Positions 12,451 to 20,000 of a stretch of 20,000 bases of DNA are shown piece by piece; positions within the stretch are counted from its first letter, which is position 1, and each line of letters opens with the position of its first letter. Position numbers and translations under genes: made by a program. Where the stretch lies: positions 418,093-438,092 of the forward strand of contig JAVKOQ020000010.1 in NCBI GenBank assembly GCA_031835245.2, in the 5' to 3' direction. The notes beneath the pieces were generated by a model. It ran no database searches. It saw nothing but the letters and a program-made list of their open reading frames with translations, and was not told where the DNA came from. This DNA is from Balamuthia mandrillaris (Eukaryota).

Positions 12451-12914
12451 TAGTTTTATTCTTTGTAGTTTAGTTTGTTTGACAAAAAAGGGATTTAATT
12501 GCAACAGATCTGGTTTTATGAAAGCTTGTTTGCTTCTCCTGCCCTATTTTTGTTTGAACTCAAAGCATTTGCACTTGTTTGATTACAATTGTAACACCCT
12601 AGGATAGAGAATGAGCTTGAAAGCAAAAACCACTTGTGTTGGCTAGGTCATTTCACAACAAGCTAAAAATTAATTGTTTTTGTGACAGAGCTCAAAAATC
12701 AATTTAAAATTTGCTATTTTGCTTGTTGTTTTGCTATTTTGAAAAAAAAGGGTTTTGTTTATTCTTTAAAACATAAGGGTTAGGGTTAAGTGCGGGTACT
12801 CAGAACCTACAGCATTCAACTCCCCATGGTCCATTCTATAAAACTCTAAGTCTATAAGTCTAACAGATAAAGTGGGTCAAAGTAGCAATTTTTTCAATTT
12901 TTGTATAGGAATAC

Positions 12915-13785
12915 CTATATGTTGGTTGAATCCAACCTTAGGAAGGAAAGAGTCGGTGACGAGACAAGGAGTGTATTCAAGAGAATAGGGGAAAGACAAT
13001 GAGAGTGAATCTCTGACGTTGCTTCAAAGTACACCGAGAGAAAGGGGGAAAAGAGAGAAAGGAAGGATGGGGGATACAAAAGAAAGGAGAGCTGAGGGTC
13101 CGGGACGGATCCAATATGAGGAGTCTTGAGATAAGTGTTGGTGATTTTACCAACATATATAATCGAACAAGATATAATCATAATATCATCATCATTATCA
13201 TCATCATTCTCCTCTGTCTCTTCCTTTTCATCCAAGATGGATATAACTGTAGTGGTAGTAGAAGTAGGAGATGATGGGAAGGAAGTGTTGTCATTATCAT
13301 CATCATCTGATTTGTCAAAGTCCTCATCGTGGGCCACCAAGTATTTGGCCTTCAAAGCATCCAGATTGTTGAAGAATTCTGTGAGGAGATTGCGCCATTT
13401 ATCATAGCAATCATTGTTGGTTCGACGTTGGGTAGGCAAGTGTTTGGCAATCTCCAACCAAGACCATCCATCACGCAAGCACCAAGTGACAAGTCTACGG
13501 ATTTCTGGTGCCTGCCAAGCGATCCGTTGCCGATGGCCATTCTTCCGATATTTGAGTCAACTGGATAACAATTATTGTCACTGAAGCGCTCTATGAACTC
13601 ATTGTCGTCGTGGTGTTTGTTTTTTTGAGTCATCAAAGCATTCCTTACCCCTCGTCAAGAGCACATCCTTATCAAACTCATCTGGATGATTTTCTACCCA
13701 AGCGGTACAACATTCAAGCCACAAGGAGCGATAAAATCGTATTTGTTGATGTTTGGTTGGCAAATCTGTTCGTTTCATGAACCAC
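12915..13785 (-). pseudogene. Myb/SANT-domain gene, apparently frameshifted or degenerate
   Basis: 13517-13384 encodes WQAPEIRRLVTWCLRDGWSWLEIAKHLPTQRRTNNDCYDKWRNLL (three spaced Trp, Myb/SANT pattern), followed by an acidic tract. Upstream exon 13785-13649 and intron 13648-13561 (GTAAG...CAG) lead into a frame 1 nt off the Myb frame. Both ends of the gene are uncertain. Confidence 0.65.
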
Positions 13786-14039
13786 CTAAAGAAGCAGTGT
13801 AAAAGAAGAAGAGAGAAAGAGAAAGCGAGAGAAAGAGAGAGCAAGAGAAAGAGAAAGAGAAAGCGAGAGAAAGAAAGAGGAAAAGAAAGAAAAAGGGAAA
13901 AAAGACAAAAAACAAAGTGTGAGTGAATGTCAAAAGAAGAACAAATGAACTAAGACCAATTATAACAATTATTGTTTAGACTATGAATGTTGCTGCTGCC
14001 ACAATAAACCTGTGTGTTCTAGCTGAGCGCTAGGTCTAA

Positions 14040-14319
14040 GGGTCTACGGCCTTCTAGAGGGTGGCTGAAGGCCACCTGCCGAAGGCGGCGAAGCCGCCTG
14101 AGGCAGAGAACGCAAGGAAGCGGCCAAAGGCCACAAAAGTGCAATTTACGGTGGAATCACGAGACAAATGGTGCTTTCCCACTTTTTCTGTTGAAAATGT
14201 GGGTCTACCAGGCTTCTAGAGGGTGGTCGAAGGCCACCTGCCGAAGGTGGCGAAGCCGCCTGAGGCAGAGAACACGAGGAAGCAGCAGAAGGCTGAGAAA
14301 GTGTGATTTACGGTGGAAT
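14040..14319. repeat. Two ~118-bp direct repeats (14040-14157, 14201-14319) made of GC-rich GAA-loop hairpins
   Basis: Both copies read GGGTCTAC..CTTCTAGAGGGTGGYYGAAGGCCACCTGCCGAAGGYGGCGAAGCCGCCTGAGGCAGAGAAC...ATTTACGGTGGAAT. Confidence 0.92.
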
Positions 14320-14395
14320 TGATTTATTTGCTGTTTCAGCGTTGCAATAGAGCTCCAAGTATACCTTTATGTACCTCACAGTTGGTTTGGTTCTT

Positions 14396-14414
14396 AACCA
14401 ACCAACCAACCAAC
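14396..14414. repeat. (AACC)n microsatellite
   Basis: aaccaaccaaccaaccaac, preceded by the near-complementary gttggtttggtt. Confidence 0.75.
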
Positions 14415-14544
14415 GGCCCTATAAGAAGGGAATCATCGGTGAGAGCTCAACTCCCCAAGGGGAAAAGAGAGAAAAAGGACGAGATGAAATGTTTGACTTT
14501 CATGACGACATGAGAGCCATAACTACCTCAGGACCAACCCACAA

Positions 14545-14579
<35 letters not shown>
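14545..14579. repeat. (GCTG)n microsatellite
   Basis: About 8.75 perfect copies of gctg. Confidence 0.9.
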
Positions 14580-14777
14580 CAGAACCTGCTTACTTCTCAA
14601 CTCATTCTCTTGTTTCTTTTTTTTGAATCACCAACTAATTAACCAACCAACCGACCATCTTATGCACTCTCAGAACTACCACTCTTGCTTCAGCTCTTTT
14701 GTTTGCTGATCATCGTGCACCACAAGTGGTGCAACAGCATTAAGCCTGCAGGAATGTTATCCTTCATCCTAGCCAGA

Positions 14778-14974
14778 CCTACTCCCTTGGTTTCATCTCT
14801 TTGCTGAATGAAGCATCAGCAGCAAGCTTTTCTGCCCAAGAAAGCAAGTCCGCACAGCCTACTCCCTTGGTTTTCATCTCTTTGCTGAAGAAGCATCAGC
14901 AGCGAGCTTTTCTGCCCAAGGAAGCAAGTCCGCACAGCCTACTCCCTTGGTTTCATCTCTTTGCTGAAGAAGCA
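14778..14974. repeat. 80-bp tandem repeat, ~2.5 copies, truncated at 14974
   Basis: The unit CCTACTCCCTTGGTTTCATCTCTTTGCTGAA...CGCACAG starts at 14778, 14858 and 14938. The third copy stops after GAAGAAGCA. Confidence 0.93.
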
Positions 14975-15064
14975 CACAGGTAAAAGTTCCCAAGAATTTT
15001 TGTAAAAGTTTCAAAGGTAGGTAAAGGTTTCGACAGGAATTTTTACCATTCCTGAAATTTTTCC
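14975..15064 (+). repeat. Left terminal inverted repeat of the transposon
   Basis: CACAGGTAAAAGTTCCCAAGAATTTTTGTAAAAGTTT...GAAATTTTTCC aligns without gaps to the reverse complement of the window end. 14982-15011 matches at 25/30. Confidence 0.78.
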
Positions 15065-15144
15065 TTGTGTTAAAAGAGGAGAGATCGGGAGTAACAGCCA
15101 GCTGATGATGGCGGTCGCCAAGAAGGAAAGGGTGTAAAGTAAAT

Positions 15145-18100
15145 TTATTTTGTAACGGAAACGTGTTTTTGCTGTCGTCTTTTCCTCCTTGCAAGGCGTC
15201 TGGGCTGTCTCTGAGAAACAACTGGCACGGTGGAAGTTGAGTTTGCTGGGGGAGTGGTTGTTGCAGCGACTTGGAGGGGAGAAGAAGCAGTGTGGGTGGC
15301 TTGAGGAGGAGGCAGAGGAAGAGGAGATGGGTTGGGAGCCGCTGAAAAATGAGAAGAAGGAGAGATAGAGTTGGAGACGGAGGAGGAGATGGAGATGGTG
15401 GAGGAAGTTTTCCTTGCATGCTGTGCTGGCTTAGGTGGCACAATTAGTTCCTCATTCTGGTACCGAGGGTTGGGCCGCCGTGTCCTCTTGCTTCCTGGTG
15501 GAGCTGGGCTAAAGCGATTACTTACGTCTCCTTTCCACGGCGATAGTGGGCTCATGCCATAATGGCCATGCGTCTTCTTTTTTACATAGGTTGTAGAGGC
15601 AGGGCTAGTGGGCGGCTTGTGGTTACACGCAGCTTTGTTGCTGGTGGGTGGTTTTGCCTTGTTGTTCTTTCTGGGAGCCTTGACGCCTGTTGCTGGAGGG
15701 ACTTTCTTTTTGCCAGTTGTGGCTTTGGGCTTGCCGTTGTGTGGTTTGGCTGACGGAGGTTGCTTTGGTCGGCTGTTTTCCAAATTTGCAGAAATAGCTT
15801 TGCTGAGCTCTTGCTGCTTGGAGGGTTTCTTCTTCCGTCGGGTTGGGAGCGCGAAATGTTTCTCCGTGTTTCTTGGTCTACCTCGAGAAACCCTACGAGA
15901 GTTCCATTCCTCGTCTAGTCGCCTTTCCTCTTCATAGGAAAAGTTCAGCGTAGGTTGTATTAATACTTGGCTCCATTCCGGATCCTCCTTTTCACTATCA
16001 TCCACCTCAGCTTCGCCATCATGAGCCTCCTCCTCCTCCTCCTCCTCCTCCTCCTCCTCCCTCCTCCTCCTCCCCTCTGCTCCTCCACTCTCCTCCTCCT
16101 CCTCCTCCTCCTCTCCTCCTCCTCCTCCTCCATCCTCCTCATCTCCTCCTCCTCCATCTTTCCTCCTTTTCTTCTTCCTCCTCACTCTCCTCCTTCGTCC
16201 ACTTCTCCTCCTCCTCATCTTTATCTGCGGCTGCTGCTTCCGCTTTATCTGGGTGACAATGATCATCATCGGTGCCCTCCTCCTTGTCATCATCGCTGGT
16301 GGTGTCCTCATAGACACGGCCGCTATCATCACTAGAAGTGTTGGTAGGGTCAGAGTCGCTGTCATCGCTGGGATCGCTTTCGACTGCAGCAGGATCTGTG
16401 GGAATTCGAACAGAAGCAGGATGTGGATGGTCAAAAGGACAGCTTTCTCGTGGGAACTCCCTTTGAAAGTGGTAGCTCAGCGCAAAAATGTGCTTACACC
16501 GTTTGCCAGTGCAACGGTAGAAGTTGCAGCTACAGTGCCAAGAGTCGAAACACACGTAGTATTTGCCAAAGGAGAAGTGACGGTTGGTTATCGGAGAGAA
16601 GTAGCCTTCCTGTGCCAGTTTCCAGCCCTTTGCCTGCCTTATCCAGAGTGCGCGGATACTCCTGGAAGGTCTAGGTTTCTTTTTGGCCGCCAATCTCTGC
16701 TGAAACGCCAGGTCGTGCGATGCAAGGGTCGTTTCTCCCAAGGTAACCTGCATAGTTTCTGGTGCTTTGGCCTTTTTTTGATGGAAGTCCAGCCGCACTA
16801 CCTTCTTCCATAAAGCTTCCGTCGCGTTGTTGGTGTTGTACAGGCCTTCTCTGAAACCAGGGCGACTTCTGGTCGTCCACGCATCTTTCCAATCAGCAGA
16901 CAACCAGTTGGCTTTGAAGTAGGTGTAAAAGTCACCGAACGACGATTCAAGCAGCTCAAGCGCCTCCTCTTCCTCTTCCTCTGTCGGAGCATGCTGAACA
17001 CGTTTCAACAAAGCCATGATCGCGGATTGGTCTGCGAGGAAAAAGGAACATAGCGCAGCGTTAGTAATGACGAAATCAAAGACAAAAGGAAACAAGAGGT
17101 AACAACAAAGTACCATCTTTATAACGCAAGGTTTTTTGCCTCCATCGTTTTTGAACGTGAAACTCACACAAAAGAAAAGAGAAACCTGCATCCACTGCAG
17201 CCTTTCGGATTGTCCTATCCTTGTCCATCATTATAATGGGGTTCCAGTTGATGTCTGGGAAGTCAGCTGCCATCTTTGTTTGAAGCAGCTGAAGGAAGAA
17301 GGTAATCGCCTCTGCCTTGGCCTTGTTGGTAATAAGGAAGCCCACTGGCCACAGATGACCAAGTTCATCCTCAACTACCAAGCCCCACACTGGGAACTCG
17401 GCTTTGGAAAGCTTCCAGATTGCGTCCAGCCCTACAATGTCCTGGCCCCACATTTCCAGAAGCTCTCCTGCACGGGGCGCCAGAAGAATGATCATCCAAC
17501 TACTTTGCAGCTGCTGCTGCGTGCGAAAGTATCCCTCTCTGAGGCTCCGCCGAGGCCAAGCTACGAAGGGGGACATAGTTTCTCGGGACAACGCTTGTTG
17601 CAGTCTCTCTTGGCGGCTTAACGGCTGCTCCCCTTGTTGACCTCGCTGCTTCCTCCTTCCGTATGCGATGATGTCTTGAATCTTGGCCACAGATGGCAGC
17701 AGCTCTTTTGGGATGGCAGCAGGCAAGCCAGACATCGCCCCTGCTTCCAACTGGCGCCTTGCAGAGGATGCAGTGATTAGGCCTCCTGCACTGGTTTCCA
17801 ATCCATCCCGTGAAAGAATCTCCTTCTTAAGAAAAGCAGGAACAGGCAGCACATCGTGGTAGAGGGCGAAACGTTCTCCATGGCTCCCGGTGTGGTAGAT
17901 CCACGCTGTGTGGAGATCCTCCGAAAAGATGGCCCATCGAGCCTGTTTTCCGCAGGCACTCATCCGTTTGTTACTGGCACTCGCTGGCGGGGTGCAGTCC
18001 ATTTTGCCATTGCACCAAACAACTTCAGAGAGCACTGGGGTATTCCTCTTCGCCTCTCCAACACTGAGCTCCAGATTTGGGCCTTCTCTCGGGTTCACCT

Positions 18101-18275
18101 GATTCCAGGCGGAAACGTCTTTTGACCAAACAATCCCTTTGGTTTTCCAACGACATCGAAAGGCAACCGGGGCACCAGGGGACAAGCCAAGCATGAATAG
18201 GGGTAAATCCTTGACAGGGATAGAAGAAACAAAGCTCCAACCTTTATAGTGCTGCTGATGAGAAGTGGTTTTCAT
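15145..18275 (-). CDS. MULE-family DDE transposase with N-terminal Cys/His Zn-finger-like region, SWIM zinc finger and long acidic/basic tail (frameshifts in a GAG tract)
   Basis: Catalytic-type motifs: VGLDAIWK (D1), IIMMDKD (D2), LLCEFHV (CxxH), NTNNATE (E). SWIM: YYVCFDSWHCSCNFYRCTGKRCKHIFAL. Intron 17113-17032 (GTACT...ACTAAC...GCAG) joins ORFs 17076-18356 and 16139-17191. The frame is broken in the (GAG)n tract at ~16026-16160 and continues in ORF 15145. The start codon is tentative. Confidence 0.88.
16026..16216 (-). repeat. Imperfect (GAG)n poly-Glu microsatellite within the transposase tail
   Basis: A long (ctc)n run on the + strand with several 1-nt indels. Confidence 0.9.
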
Positions 18276-18657
18276 TCTGTTGGAACTTGGGCTACTGCTT
18301 TCACGTTTGACAAAAGAAAATATCAAACTGCTATTTCTTATTTTTTCAAAGGTCATACAATCTTAATATGGAAATATAACCGTTATACATTTGGTGCCAT
18401 TTTTTACTCCGAATATTTCGGACTTGAATAACAAATCATAATTCATAAATCAACAGAAACCCACCAATGAATTTCAATCACTAAAACAAATGCTTATTGG
18501 AGGCCATAATTTATGTCGACTAGGAAGATCTCCACCTTTTATGATAAAATATATGAAGAAAAGATTTCAAACAAAGATCAAAAATAAAAAATAAAAAAAA
18601 CAAAAGTTGCTTCACTTGGAGTCGAACAGAGATACCTTCCTTTTATTAATAATTAAT

Positions 18658-19605
18658 TCACTGCAATACAAAACTGAGCATATCGTGATGACAAAAAAAT
18701 ACAATGGAGTATCTTGTTCCGCCAAAATAAGGTTCCACTTTGTGTTTAATATCAAAACCATTAAAAAAAATCAAATCTCCAGGTTTTGCTTCTATTCTTA
18801 TGTTTAGTTCTGGTAACACAAGAGCACCACCATCCGTAAAGGTACCAAGAACAAGGATTGCTGTTACTCCACCCCTATAGTCATTTTTGTCTAAATGAGC
18901 ACTCACGCAGAAGTTAACATTTATAACTATTGTTGCTGTACTAGGAGAAATACAAGAGGTAAATAAACAAAAGATGTGTGTTGATAAAATTTTAAAAAAA
19001 AACATACCAAATGGAGCAAACGGATTATGTTTTCTAGAAGCCTTTTCCACTTCAACGTTTACCTCCATGTACCTCGCAAACAGCTCCGGAAACTGCTGCT
19101 TCAAATGAGAGGCCACCTTTTCAAATATCGGCTTATGTTTGTTTAGCCACTTTTTGGAGAGTGGATGGCTTGTGCCTTTGACTTCCACAATGCTTTTACG
19201 GTAGCGAGACCACCAACCAAGACGAACAGTTACCTGCTCCTCGCGGTTAGTCTTCTTTTTATACTGTTTTGGCAACTGTCCAGCGAGCTCTTCTATGTCC
19301 TTCGAACAGCCCGTGCATAGCTCCTTTCTAACTGCATGGATAAGGAGGACCACTGCATAGCCGCCGCGATCCTCCTTCAGTCGCCGGTAGCCCGTTCGAG
19401 AGAAAGTAGCCGGCTCGTCTTCAAACGCCGTTGCCGCTAATTCTCTGTGTTTCGGGGTTGTAGGAATGAACCGACTGAGAACTTGTTTCTTTTGTTGTTC
19501 CCTGAACTTTCGTGTTCTTTCTGCCGCGCTCATTAAAGGCGTCAGCCTTTCGCCTCGATACTTTCTTTCTTGTAGTTTCTTTGAGGAGGAAACGTTGTCA
19601 GCCAT
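18658..19605 (-). CDS. TET/JBP-family 2-oxoglutarate/Fe(II) dioxygenase (Naegleria/fungal TET-like), ~291 aa after splicing
   Basis: C-terminal DSBH reads PFATIVINVNFCVSA-HLD-KNDYRGGVTAILVLGTFTDGGALVLPELNIRIEAKPGDLIFFNGFDIK-H-KVEPYFGGT-RYS-IVFFCH, giving an HxD...H metal triad and an RxS 2OG-binding motif. Basic N-terminus. Likely 72-nt intron at 19007-18936 (GTATGT...TACAG). Confidence 0.8.
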   Translation of the reverse strand: MADNVSSSKKLQERKYRGERLTPLMSAAERTRKFREQQKKQVLSRFIPTTPKHRELAATAFEDEPATFSRTGYRRLKEDRGGYAVVLLIHAVRKELCTGCSKDIEELAGQLPKQYKKKTNREEQVTVRLGWWSRYRKSIVEVKGTSHPLSKKWLNKHKPIFEKVASHLKQQFPELFARYMEVNVEVEKASRKHNPFAPFGMFFFKILSTHIFCLFTSCISPSTATIVINVNFCVSAHLDKNDYRGGVTAILVLGTFTDGGALVLPELNIRIEAKPGDLIFFNGFDIKHKVEPYFGGTRYSIVFFCHHDMLSFVLQ

Positions 19606-19913
19606 GCAAATACTGATGAGACACGAGTTAGCCACAACCAAATGGAGTCAAATAAAACCTGACCACCTTCTCTTTTGCTCTCACCCGCAGAAAAAGTACT
19701 GCTAAAAAGTGCCGCTCCTTCGCGGCCGATCCTGCTTGGTTGCACAAGACCCTTTTTTCTTTCCTTCGCTCTTGTCTCTGTTTTAAAAAGGAAATTTTTG
19801 TTTCAGTAACGGCAAGGAAAGGATAAGATACTACAGCAAAAACTGGCAAGGTAGACAGGAGAGAGCTCCTTCGGATGATAGGCGCCAGTGCGTCGCTTAT
19901 AAGGCATTTACCC

Positions 19914-20000
19914 GGAAAAATTCCTATATAAGGAAACATTTTTCTAGGAACTTTTCCAGGGGCCTTAAACTTTCACAAAGGTTTCTGGGAACTTTTCCTT
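19914..20000 (-). repeat. Right terminal inverted repeat of the transposon (runs off the window)
   Basis: The reverse complement AAGGAAAAGTTCCCAGAAACCTTTGTGAAAGTTT...GGAATTTTTCC is collinear with the left end. It contains GGAACTTTTCC twice (19947-19957, 19988-19998). Confidence 0.75.

Larger units (their letters stand above)
14975..20000 (-). mobile_element. Mutator-like (MULE) TIR DNA transposon carrying a TET/JBP-type dioxygenase gene; right terminus just beyond the window
   Basis: The MULE/SWIM transposase and the dioxygenase are co-oriented and enclosed by imperfect inverted repeats (14978-15064 vs 20000-19914). The left end coincides with the break in the 80-bp tandem repeat. Confidence 0.82.

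Noticed and set aside
12590..12600. TGTAACACCCT resembling an LTR start
   Set aside because: No second LTR, primer-binding site or gag/pol sequence in the window.
12774..12790. Telomere-like TAAGGGTTAGGGTTAAG
   Set aside because: Only one perfect TTAGGG unit, too short to separate from chance.
14778..14974. Possible CRISPR-like array or coding repeat
   Set aside because: The units are contiguous with no unique spacers, the 80-bp period is not a multiple of 3, and the context is eukaryotic with no cas genes.
16139..18275. KDZ (Kyakuja/Dileera/Zisupton) or Plavaka transposase, the known TET partners
   Set aside because: The motif order D...MDKD...CxFH...TNNxxE followed by a C-terminal SWIM is the MULE pattern, and no KDZ-type CxC clusters are visible. 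An HMM check is still advisable.
18658..19605. AlkB-family assignment for the dioxygenase
   Set aside because: The last strand is RYSIVFFCH (RxS) and lacks the AlkB RxxxxxR. The HxDxxD and LGxFxxGGxLxLP context fits TET/JBP better.

Overview
Eukaryotic, intron-rich DNA with short GT-AG introns and CT-microsatellite polypyrimidine tracts. The style suggests a free-living amoebozoan or similar protist (inference). Positions 1-12450 hold compact host genes: a 5'-truncated TMTC-type O-mannosyltransferase/TPR gene, an F-box + SMI1/KNR4 gene, a SPATA20/YyaL gene, an RWD-like + LRR gene and a bacterial-like GT2 glycosyltransferase. Positions ~12600-14974 look like decayed repetitive DNA: a frameshifted Myb/SANT gene, a duplicated GAA-hairpin cassette with CpG-decay mutations and an 80-bp tandem repeat. 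The main result is a ~5-kb DNA transposon (14975 to at least 20000) bounded by imperfect ~87-bp inverted repeats that interrupts the tandem repeat. It encodes a Mutator-like (MULE) DDE/SWIM transposase and a TET/JBP-type 2OG-Fe(II) dioxygenase, so it may carry its own DNA-base-modifying or demethylating enzyme. All splice models and alignments were read by hand.
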